This document shows, one piece after another, positions 39,327 to 47,394 of a stretch of 64,000 nt of DNA (positions are counted from its first letter, which is position 1; every line of letters begins with the position of its first letter). The position numbers were made by a program, and so were the translations under genes. A model generated the notes under the pieces. The model made no database searches. It had not been told where the DNA came from and saw only the letters and a list, made by a program, of their open reading frames with translations. The stretch is from an uncultured Clostridia bacterium. Its GTDB lineage: Bacteria; Bacillota; Clostridia; TANB77; CAG-508. Location: contig CANQSV010000003.1 of the NCBI GenBank assembly GCA_947626605.1, positions 68,356 to 132,355 of the forward strand, given 5' to 3'.

Positions 39327-40658
39327 TTATTCTTTTTCATCATCATCTTCTTTATCTTTTTCTTCTGGTTTTGGATTATTTTTACAAACTTTTATTAAAT
39401 AAATTCTTTGATCTTTATATTTTTCAATTTTATATGTTGCATTTTTTGTTTCCACTACAGGTTTTTCTTTATCCTTAGGAATTCTTCCTAGTTGTTCAAT
39501 TAAATATCCTGAAATAGTATCATAGTCACCTTCTGGAATAGTTATTTTAACTATCTTTTCAAAATCATGTATACTCATATTACCATTTATTCTAAAAGTA
39601 TTATCATCTAATATCTCATATTCTATTTCATCATCATCATACTCATCAAGGATGTTTCCAACTAGCTCTTCGATTATATCTTCCATTGTTATAATTCCAG
39701 CTGTTCCTCCATATTCATCTACAACAATTGCTAGTTGAACTTTATTTACTTGTAATTCTTTAAATACTTGATTAATTGGCTTATTTTCAGAAACAAAATA
39801 TGCTTTTCTTAACATATCTTTTACTTTTATTTTTTTGTTTGAGCGAATATATTTGAATAAGTCTTTTACATATAAAACACCTTTAATATTATCTATTGTA
39901 TCTTCATAAATAGGAACTCTACTGTATTTGTATTCATCTAACTTATCTAACATTTCTCCTATATCTGAATTAATTTCCATTCCAAATACTTCTGTTCTAT
40001 GTTTCATAACTTCTGAAGCCACTTTGTCATTAAATTCAAATACATTGTTTATCATTTCTTTTTCTTGTTCTTCTATTGTTCCATCTTCTTCTCCTGCATC
40101 TACCATGTCTCTAATGTCTTCTTCTGTTACAATTTCTTCTTCATTTTCTGATACTCCAAACAGTTTAGATACTGTATTAGTTGAAAATGTTAAGAACTTT
40201 ACAAAAGGACTCGCTATAACTGCTAGAACTCTAATAAATCCAACTGCTACTCCAGCTACTTTGCTTGAGTATTTCATAGCTAACCTTTTTGGTACTAATT
40301 CACCAAATACTAATGAGAAATAAGATAAGATTAATGTTACTATAATTATTGATACTGGATTCCAAAAAGCTATTCCTAGTGGAAATAGTTTATCTAATAC
40401 TGGTGCTAATTTTGATGCAAAAGCATCTGATGCAAAGGCACTTGATAAAAATCCTGCAAGTGTTATTCCTATTTGTATTGTTGCTAAAAATTTACTTGGA
40501 TCCTGCAACATTTTTTTTATTTGTTTTGCTTTTTTATCTCCTTCATTAGCTTGTTTTGATATTTTTGCATCATTTAAAGATATAAATGCAATTTCTGTTG
40601 CAGCAAAAAAAGCATTTATTCCGATTAATACAACTAAAACTGCGAGTTGTCCTATCAT
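39327..40658 (-). CDS. CNNM/HlyC-CorC family transporter (DUF21 + CBS pair + CorC_HlyC)
   Basis: 443 aa. N-terminal DUF21 TM domain (AFFAATEIAFISLN), a tandem CBS region, a C-terminal CorC_HlyC domain and an acidic tail. Confidence 0.88.
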   Translation of the reverse strand: MIGQLAVLVVLIGINAFFAATEIAFISLNDAKISKQANEGDKKAKQIKKMLQDPSKFLATIQIGITLAGFLSSAFASDAFASKLAPVLDKLFPLGIAFWNPVSIIIVTLILSYFSLVFGELVPKRLAMKYSSKVAGVAVGFIRVLAVIASPFVKFLTFSTNTVSKLFGVSENEEEIVTEEDIRDMVDAGEEDGTIEEQEKEMINNVFEFNDKVASEVMKHRTEVFGMEINSDIGEMLDKLDEYKYSRVPIYEDTIDNIKGVLYVKDLFKYIRSNKKIKVKDMLRKAYFVSENKPINQVFKELQVNKVQLAIVVDEYGGTAGIITMEDIIEELVGNILDEYDDDEIEYEILDDNTFRINGNMSIHDFEKIVKITIPEGDYDTISGYLIEQLGRIPKDKEKPVVETKNATYKIEKYKDQRIYLIKVCKNNPKPEEKDKEDDDEKE

Positions 40659-40807
40659 TTTTAATTAATTCATTCCTTATATAAATATTTAGGTTTTTTT
40701 AGGGTTTACCCATAAACCTTCTAATCGTAAAACATTATACCATTATGTTATTTATTAATCAATGTATTTTTTTATATTTTTAATTAATTTAACTATAGAT
40801 TTCTATT

Positions 40808-41608
40808 TTAACTTCTTAATGCAATATTATTACCTGATTCATACTTTTTCATTGCAAATTTAAACATTAAATTTGCAACAACAGCAAAAAATATAGTAGC
40901 AGTTATTACTATCACTAAATACTTAAAATTGAAATTAAACAATATTTTTATTGGCATATGTACCATATATCCTGCTGGAATTACAGTATACATTAAAAAT
41001 TTTGTTACTTTTCCAAAAATCTGCTCTGGATATGTCATAAAAGTTATTAATAAGCTATTTTCATAAACATGTGCTACATTGTCTACATCGCCTACCCATA
41101 TTGCTAATAATCTGATTATAGTTGTTGCACTACAAAATATTATCATTCCCATAATAGCAAAAAATACTATTGATAAAAAATCTAATATTGTATTGCTTAC
41201 ATATATTCCAAGAACCATTCCATACAACATATCACCTGCTGCAGCAAATGAACATTTAGATGTTGCAACTGCTAACAATGTATTTTGTGGTTGAATTATG
41301 TATGTATCTAATTCTCCTGATATAATGTATTTATTTAATTTACTAATACCATTAAAGAAAAAATCTGCAAGTCCAACTGCTAAAGTTGGTATAGACCAAA
41401 TATATAATATTTGCTTCATATCTATTCCTGATGTATTTTCTTCTCCTACACCAATTACCACCAGCCAGAAGATTAGAAAAAATCCATTATTTACAAACAT
41501 AAATATTGTTTGCATAATAAAACTCTTTTTGTACTCAAATGCTGATTTTATATTATATTTAGTGCTTATTAATAAAAATTTAATTAATTTTTTAACCTCC
41601 ATTAACAT
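40808..41608 (-). CDS. ABC-2 family permease of an uncharacterised ABC system (COG3694/COG4587-like)
   Basis: 6-TM permease. Start placed at ATG 41608 (MLMEVKKLIKF, RBS GGGGTGG), overlapping the upstream gene's stop by 17 nt. Confidence 0.75.
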   Translation of the reverse strand: MLMEVKKLIKFLLISTKYNIKSAFEYKKSFIMQTIFMFVNNGFFLIFWLVVIGVGEENTSGIDMKQILYIWSIPTLAVGLADFFFNGISKLNKYIISGELDTYIIQPQNTLLAVATSKCSFAAAGDMLYGMVLGIYVSNTILDFLSIVFFAIMGMIIFCSATTIIRLLAIWVGDVDNVAHVYENSLLITFMTYPEQIFGKVTKFLMYTVIPAGYMVHMPIKILFNFNFKYLVIVITATIFFAVVANLMFKFAMKKYESGNNIALRS

Positions 41609-42365
41609 TGATTTTTTCCACCCCTCTTCTATATAAAATTCTTGCAAAAACTACTAGTACAATAAAAGCAACTGTTTGACAAACCAATATCTCAATTGAT
41701 TCATTCATTTCAAATTTTGCAAATATTCTTGCAGGAGCATAAGTTATGTATGTTGTTGGTAAAACTGAAAAGATATTTTTTACAACACTTGGGTAAAATT
41801 CTAATGGTGTAAAGACTAATAACAGCATCATTTTTTGTGTAACTAACCAAAAAGAATCATTTTCTTCTGTGTAGAAAGCTAATAATCCTATAATTAGCTG
41901 TATATATATTCCCATCATAACTGATATAGCTACAGAAACCATAGTTACTATTATACCTGTTGCTGTTAAATCTATTGGTCCAGCAAATACGATTCCTAAA
42001 ACAATTGCAAAAATTACATTAATTGTAAATCTAACTAATACAGATAAATCTTCAGCTACTGTATATTTTATAAAATCAACTGGTCTAACTAGCATATTAG
42101 CAATTTGTCCACTTTTTACTTGATCCGCAATATAATCATATTTTTTATTACAGCTATACATTATAAATTCTCCTAGAATTATGTACCAAATCAATTGTGG
42201 CTTTGTATATCCTGCAATGTTTTCTTTGCCCTGTAAAATATAATCCCACAATTCATTAAATACAAATACATGTATAGCAAATGAAACTAATAAAACTATA
42301 TAGTCGAATATGAAATTTATTTTTGTTTTTAAGCTATATTTAAATATTTCAAAATATTTTCTCAT
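41592..42365 (-). CDS. ABC-2 family permease of an uncharacterised ABC system (COG4587/COG3694-like)
   Basis: 6-TM permease. Start placed at ATG 42365 (MRKYFEIF), with RBS GAGGTG at 42372-42377; the track start at 42374 is a GTG inside the RBS. Confidence 0.75.
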   Translation of the reverse strand: MRKYFEIFKYSLKTKINFIFDYIVLLVSFAIHVFVFNELWDYILQGKENIAGYTKPQLIWYIILGEFIMYSCNKKYDYIADQVKSGQIANMLVRPVDFIKYTVAEDLSVLVRFTINVIFAIVLGIVFAGPIDLTATGIIVTMVSVAISVMMGIYIQLIIGLLAFYTEENDSFWLVTQKMMLLLVFTPLEFYPSVVKNIFSVLPTTYITYAPARIFAKFEMNESIEILVCQTVAFIVLVVFARILYRRGVEKINVNGG

Positions 42366-42389
42366 CCAATGCACCTCATTTTCTATATA

Positions 42390-42547
42390 AACATGATAAT
42401 TATATTATTTTAAGCGAGCTTGTGTGGGGACCGACTAGGTAGAAACAGTTAAGAAAATATCGAAGCAATCGCTAGCGAAATTGCGAGAATATTTTCTATA
42501 CGGTTTCTCCTAGTTGGGACGAGCGAAAATAATATAATTATCATGTT
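42390..42547. repeat. Palindromic repeat element, copy 2 (core 42413-42526 inside a perfect 22-bp outer inverted repeat)
   Basis: The core is 111/114 identical to 26716-26829. The outer IR is AACATGATAATTATATTATTTT (42390-42411) / AAAATAATATAATTATCATGTT (42526-42547), 22/22 complementary. Confidence 0.9.
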
Positions 42548-42565
42548 AGGTATAATATAAAAATT

Positions 42566-43519
42566 TTACTTGGTATAAATGTCGTAAATGACTTCTTCTA
42601 GTGGTAAAGGAAGTGCCTCCATGTCTATTATATTTCCATATTTCATAAACTTTTCTAATATTTCTGAAATTGTTATTCTTTTTGTATCTACTTTTAACAT
42701 TATTTTATTTTCTGCTTTACTCATTATTGGATAGTCAAATTCAACATTTTCAATATTATTATCATACATAATAGTTATAAATTTTTCTGATAAATATTCA
42801 TGTTTTAGTGTTTCTATACTCTCATCTTTTATTATAGTTCCTTTATCAATTATAATTATTCGTTCACAAACTTTTTCAATATCTCCTAAGTCATGGCTCG
42901 TTAAAAATATTGTAGTATTATATTTCTTATTAGTATTCAAGATTGCTTGTCTAACCTTTTCTTTAACTACTATGTCTAATCCAATTGTAGGTTCATCTAA
43001 AAATAGGATTTCTGGTTTATGTAACATTACTGCTGCAATTTCGCATATCATTCTTTGTCCTAATGATAATTTTCTTACTGGAACATTTATTATTTCTTGA
43101 AGATTAAAAAGTTCTACTAATTCATTTATTCTCTCTTCTAACTCTTGTTTTGGAATATCATATACAGCTCCTAATAATCTATATGTATCTATTGCTGGTA
43201 AATGCATCCATAAACTAGATTTTTGCCCAAACATACATCCTATTTTATATCCTAATACTTTTCTATCTTTTGTTGGATTTAGTCCTAATACTTCTACATT
43301 ACCTGCAGTTGGATGAATTATTCCTGTAAGCATTTTTATTGTTGTAGATTTTCCGGCTCCATTAGGTCCTACAAACCCCACTATCTCTCCATCTTTAATT
43401 TCAAAATTAATATTTCTTACAGCTTCAAAATTCTTTTTTTCACCTTTCACAAAACCTAGAAAACCCTTTTTTCTTATTTTTTTTGTGAAAGTTTTCTTTA
43501 ATCCTTCAACTCTAATCAT
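42566..43519 (-). CDS. ABC transporter ATP-binding protein (COG4586-like, partner of the two ABC-2 permeases)
   Basis: Walker A GPNGAGKST, signature LSLGQRM and Walker B ILFLDEPTIGLD, plus a ~90 aa C-terminal extension. Start placed at ATG 43519 (MIRVEGLKK), with RBS AAGGGGA. Confidence 0.88.
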   Translation of the reverse strand: MIRVEGLKKTFTKKIRKKGFLGFVKGEKKNFEAVRNINFEIKDGEIVGFVGPNGAGKSTTIKMLTGIIHPTAGNVEVLGLNPTKDRKVLGYKIGCMFGQKSSLWMHLPAIDTYRLLGAVYDIPKQELEERINELVELFNLQEIINVPVRKLSLGQRMICEIAAVMLHKPEILFLDEPTIGLDIVVKEKVRQAILNTNKKYNTTIFLTSHDLGDIEKVCERIIIIDKGTIIKDESIETLKHEYLSEKFITIMYDNNIENVEFDYPIMSKAENKIMLKVDTKRITISEILEKFMKYGNIIDMEALPLPLEEVIYDIYTK

Positions 43520-43557
43520 ATGAACAATCATCCCCTTTACTTAGCAATACCATTTAA

Positions 43558-43712
43558 GTAAAAAAATAGAAAGCCTTATAAAGAAAATCTTTTAATTCAA
43601 GACTCCTTAATAGGCTTTTCTTCCATTTTTAAGTGTAAATATCTCTTTTTGAGAGACATCCTACATTGCTCGGACCGACACTATTTTTTATAATAGTTGG
43701 AACCCTTAAATG
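43558..43712 (-). promoter_or_regulatory. Candidate ykkC-yxkD family riboswitch (guanidine-I-like or subtype 2) with terminator expression platform
   Basis: The minus strand reads UUAAGGGUUCC-[hairpin ACUAUU..AAUAGU]-GUCGGUCCGAG-[hairpin UCUCU..AGAGA]-UUACAC-UUAAAAAUGGAAGAAAAGCCUAUUAAGGAG. This parallels the B. subtilis ykkC order GGGUUCC / GGUCCGAGAG / ACACGG..GGGAAAAAAGCCCGGGAGAG. The 3' arm can alternatively pair in AAGCCU..AAGGCUU followed by a U7 terminator (43560-43619). Confidence 0.45.
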
Positions 43713-43734
43713 TACTCTTGTTATAATGTTTAAT

Positions 43735-43763
43735 ATTTTACCATATTTATATCTTTTTGTCAA
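43735..43763 (-). promoter_or_regulatory. Consensus-like sigma-A promoter for the riboswitch-ABC operon
   Basis: TTGACA (43758-43763), 17-bp spacer, TGG-TAAAAT extended -10 (43735-43743). Confidence 0.65.
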
Positions 43764-43783
43764 ATTTTATAATTATTGCTTAA

Positions 43784-44332
43784 TTATCTTTCATCATATC
43801 CGAAATGTTTCGCTGGATAAGATCTTAATTTTCCATCATATATAAGATTAACACCATCTAGCTTTTTGAAATCTTCTGGCTTTGGTACTTCTGGAATTGT
43901 AGATGTATCTATATTAGCTGTATTCATGATGTATTTAACAAACTGTGAACAATAAAATTTATTTTCAGGCATATATTTTTTATTTATTCCTGCTAAAGCT
44001 AATCCTGCTATATTAAACCTATATTTTTCTTTATTGCTTTCCATTCTATATATATTTCGTTTTAATTTATCATATTGCTCATCAGAAATCTCTTTTTCAT
44101 ATATTTGTGATGCGGTTTCATAGAATCTTTTAAAAGTTCCAACTTCTATTCCTTCATGAACAAATCCTCCAATAAAAGCATTGTATGGATTTAACCTTCC
44201 AAAAGAATATAATTCTTTCAACTCTTCATCTAAGGCTATTGAAACATGACTAAATTCTTTTCGCGTCCACAGTTTAATTGTTTTTGATAAAAAAGTTCCT
44301 GTGTATGTCAATACTATATATATTTTTTTCAC
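43784..44332 (-). CDS. YiiX/YaeF-like permuted papain-fold (peptidase C92 / NlpC-P60 superfamily) protein
   Basis: 182 aa. The His-containing segment EFSHVSIAL precedes the Cys segment KFYCSQFVKYIM, the circularly permuted order typical of the C92 family. Confidence 0.6.
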   Translation of the reverse strand: MKKIYIVLTYTGTFLSKTIKLWTRKEFSHVSIALDEELKELYSFGRLNPYNAFIGGFVHEGIEVGTFKRFYETASQIYEKEISDEQYDKLKRNIYRMESNKEKYRFNIAGLALAGINKKYMPENKFYCSQFVKYIMNTANIDTSTIPEVPKPEDFKKLDGVNLIYDGKLRSYPAKHFGYDER

Positions 44333-44354
44333 TTTAAAACTCCCTTAGTCTTTA

Positions 44355-44879
44355 CTATTTTTCTCCATTTATAATCTTTAATATTTCTTCATTATTTTGT
44401 AATCTTGGGGTTGCATAAATAATAGTTTTTTTATCTCTTGTTATTGCTTCTTTCATTACTTCTTCATCATCTCTAAGTTCTTTACTTGCATATTTTACTA
44501 TTATTGGTTTGTTTTTTACTGCCTCCAAAACAACATCTTTATCATTTCTTAGATTTTTTGATGCATAATATAATCCTTGACCATTGCCTTTTACACTATT
44601 TAGCATTACATCTTTATCATCTCTTAGTTTTTCAGAAGCATAACATACTGTCCAAGGTGCTGTTTTTAAGGCTTCTAAAACAACATCTTTATCATCTTTT
44701 AGTTCATCACTTACAAATTCCAAGGCTCTTCCGTCTAATTTTAATGCTTCCATTGCTATTTCTTTATCATTTTGTAATCTTTCACTTATATTTTCTATTT
44801 GCATTGGATCTTCTTTAATTACTTGCATTATATATTCTTTATTATCTGTATTCTTCATAAATTCTTCTGTATCTATCAT
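44355..44879 (-). CDS. DUF4116 repeat protein
   Basis: 174 aa with four or five tandem repeats of ...ASxxLRDDKDVVLEAVKxxx.... Confidence 0.75.
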   Translation of the reverse strand: MIDTEEFMKNTDNKEYIMQVIKEDPMQIENISERLQNDKEIAMEALKLDGRALEFVSDELKDDKDVVLEALKTAPWTVCYASEKLRDDKDVMLNSVKGNGQGLYYASKNLRNDKDVVLEAVKNKPIIVKYASKELRDDEEVMKEAITRDKKTIIYATPRLQNNEEILKIINGEK

Positions 44880-44897
44880 AATTCTACTTCCAATTAT

Positions 44898-46355
44898 TTA
44901 TATATTTTTTATATCTTCTTTTTTGAATCTATATATAGATAATCCTATTAGCATTACAAAATATAACATATAGATTATTAAAGAAAATCTAAAATTCAAA
45001 AAATCAAATTGAGCTGGTTTTCCAAAATTATATACTGATAAATCCCAATTTGGAGTTATAAAAAACTTTAAAAATCTAAATTTCTTGTATGACGCTAATA
45101 GAGCATTTATAATTTCTGCAGCAATTGTTCCAATTAAAGGTGTTGCTACTGCAAGAGCTGTATTATTTAGTAGAGTACTTATAAATATTGCAATAGTTGC
45201 TAACATAATTAAAAATGGCAATTTACTAATGAATATTATTCCTACATATGCAAATACATTCATACAATATGCACTACCACTATTATAATCATATACTCCT
45301 ATATTATAAATAGCATAATCTTTAAAACTGAAGAATAGTCCGAATACAACTATAGCTATTAAGCTAATTACTAACATTGAAATAACAGTTACTATTATTG
45401 CCGTTAAAAATTTTGCTATCCATATTTGTTCTCTCTTATATGGTCTTATTAAAAGTTGTTTAATTGTTCCTTTGTTAAACTCATCTGAAATAATTGATGC
45501 TGATATGATAATTATTATTACACTCAAAATCAGCTCTATTACTACATCCATATAATTCTTATATGTTTGACTAGCATTTTTATGATTAAACAAGTCTTTT
45601 TCTGTATCTAAAGCATATTTTGCAATCATTGCATCTGCTCGTACCTCATTAAGTGCACTTTGTGGTATGTTTTCATTATCTTGCAAAACAGTTTGCATTC
45701 CACTAGAATATATATTTAACGCTTCATCCATAAAAGATCCATCATATGGAATCTTCTTGTTTAACCTTAGTTGTAATACTTCTACTTGTAATTCATTATA
45801 TTCTACTGTTTTTTCTAACTCTTTCTTATTTAATTCTGTAGCATTTTCTAGTTGCTCTTTAGAAGTTTTTAATTCTTCTTTTGCTACATCTAACATTTCT
45901 CTAGTATACTGTTCCCATTCATTATTTTTTAACATATTTAAGAAATTTTTATAGAGTTTTTCTGCCTGTTCCAATTCCTTCTTGTTTTTTTCAGGACTGA
46001 ATTTAATTGAATTTATATTATAAATAAGTTGATATGCATTTTTCGTAATACATTCAAATTTCCAACTTTCTTCATTTCTATATTCATTTTCTAAATCTAA
46101 TAACTCTAATGTAGTTTTATCTGCAATATATGCTTCTCTCTCTGATTCGTTTTCGGGATTTAAAGTTTTTAATTCGTTTTCATAAAACTCCCTCATGGAT
46201 GTATCTTCATAATATGTACTTTGATATATATCATCATTATAGTATTTTATCATTATCGCATCTACTATCATAAGGATTACTGCAATTAATATTATTATTT
46301 TTATAGGCCACCTAGAATATATTTTTTTTATTTCGTTTCCTATTAAATTAACCAA
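44898..46355 (-). CDS. ABC-2 type permease with a large coiled-coil-rich extracytoplasmic domain
   Basis: 485 aa. TM1, a ~250 aa E/K/L-rich loop, then 5 TM segments. Overlaps the upstream ATPase gene by 8 nt. Confidence 0.75.
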   Translation of the reverse strand: MVNLIGNEIKKIYSRWPIKIIILIAVILMIVDAIMIKYYNDDIYQSTYYEDTSMREFYENELKTLNPENESEREAYIADKTTLELLDLENEYRNEESWKFECITKNAYQLIYNINSIKFSPEKNKKELEQAEKLYKNFLNMLKNNEWEQYTREMLDVAKEELKTSKEQLENATELNKKELEKTVEYNELQVEVLQLRLNKKIPYDGSFMDEALNIYSSGMQTVLQDNENIPQSALNEVRADAMIAKYALDTEKDLFNHKNASQTYKNYMDVVIELILSVIIIIISASIISDEFNKGTIKQLLIRPYKREQIWIAKFLTAIIVTVISMLVISLIAIVVFGLFFSFKDYAIYNIGVYDYNSGSAYCMNVFAYVGIIFISKLPFLIMLATIAIFISTLLNNTALAVATPLIGTIAAEIINALLASYKKFRFLKFFITPNWDLSVYNFGKPAQFDFLNFRFSLIIYMLYFVMLIGLSIYRFKKEDIKNI

Positions 46356-47268
46356 TTTTATTACCTCCTGTTTTTTTCAAGAAAGCACTTTCTAGTGATA
46401 TTTTTTCTTCTTCTAGTCTGTATATATTTATATCAGCTTCTACTAACTTTTTGATTATTATAGGTATATCATTTTTTTCACATTCTATTTGTATATTTTC
46501 CTTGTTTATTATCTTAGCATTTTTAATAATTTTAATAGCTTTTTTAGTATCATTCAACTCTATTATATATGAATTTCCTTTAATATCAGCTTTTAAATCT
46601 TTAATCGTTGAAGTTTCTACAATTTCACCATTTTGTATTATTATTACTTTGTTACAAAATGTTTCTAATTCGGATAAATTGTGGCTTGATATAAGTACTG
46701 CCATACCCTCTTCTCTTGCTAGTTTTATTAATAATTCTCTTACTTCTTTTATTCCTTCAGGATCTAATCCATTATTTGGTTCGTCTAAAATTAATATATT
46801 AGGCTTATGAAGAATTGCTTGTGCTATTCCCAATCTTTGTCTCATTCCTAAAGAATACTTTGATACTTTATCATTTATTCTATTTTCTAATCCTACTATT
46901 TTTACTACTTCATCAATTCTGCTCTTGTTAACATTATTATATAATTTAGCAATCATTTTTAGATTATCATATCCGGATAAATACATATATAAGTCTGGAC
47001 TTTCAACAATTGCTCCTACCTTTTCAATTGCTTTTGTAAAATCTTTTTGTATATCATAATTATTAATTTTTACAGTACCACTTGTTATTTTTTGTAATCC
47101 TGTAATTAATTTTATCGTAGTTGTTTTTCCTGCACCATTTGGTCCGATAAAGCCTACTATATCTCCTTTACATACTTGCAAAGATACATTATTTAAAATA
47201 GTTTTCTTTCCAATTTTCTTATATAAATTATTGCACTCAACTACAGCATTTTCCATTTTATTTATCAA
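46348..47268 (-). CDS. ABC transporter ATP-binding protein (BcrA/ABC-2 subfamily)
   Basis: 306 aa with Walker A GPNGAGKTT, signature YSLGMRQRL and Walker B ILILDEPNNGLD. The true start may be ATG 47256 (MENAVVE). Confidence 0.88.
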   Translation of the reverse strand: MINKMENAVVECNNLYKKIGKKTILNNVSLQVCKGDIVGFIGPNGAGKTTTIKLITGLQKITSGTVKINNYDIQKDFTKAIEKVGAIVESPDLYMYLSGYDNLKMIAKLYNNVNKSRIDEVVKIVGLENRINDKVSKYSLGMRQRLGIAQAILHKPNILILDEPNNGLDPEGIKEVRELLIKLAREEGMAVLISSHNLSELETFCNKVIIIQNGEIVETSTIKDLKADIKGNSYIIELNDTKKAIKIIKNAKIINKENIQIECEKNDIPIIIKKLVEADINIYRLEEEKISLESAFLKKTGGNKIG

Positions 47269-47332
47269 TCCCTCCTGTAACTTTAACTCCTACTTATTAT
47301 AACATATTCAATATTTTTTACAATATTTTCTC

Positions 47333-47373
47333 TAAAAAAAAGATGACTAAAGTTTTAAACTCTAGTCATCTTC
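47333..47373 (-). terminator. Rho-independent terminator after the CAP-domain gene
   Basis: Hairpin AAGATGACTA-..-TAGTCATCTT followed by T8 on the minus strand. Confidence 0.75.
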
Positions 47374-47394
47374 AAATCTTACTTTCTGTTCATT

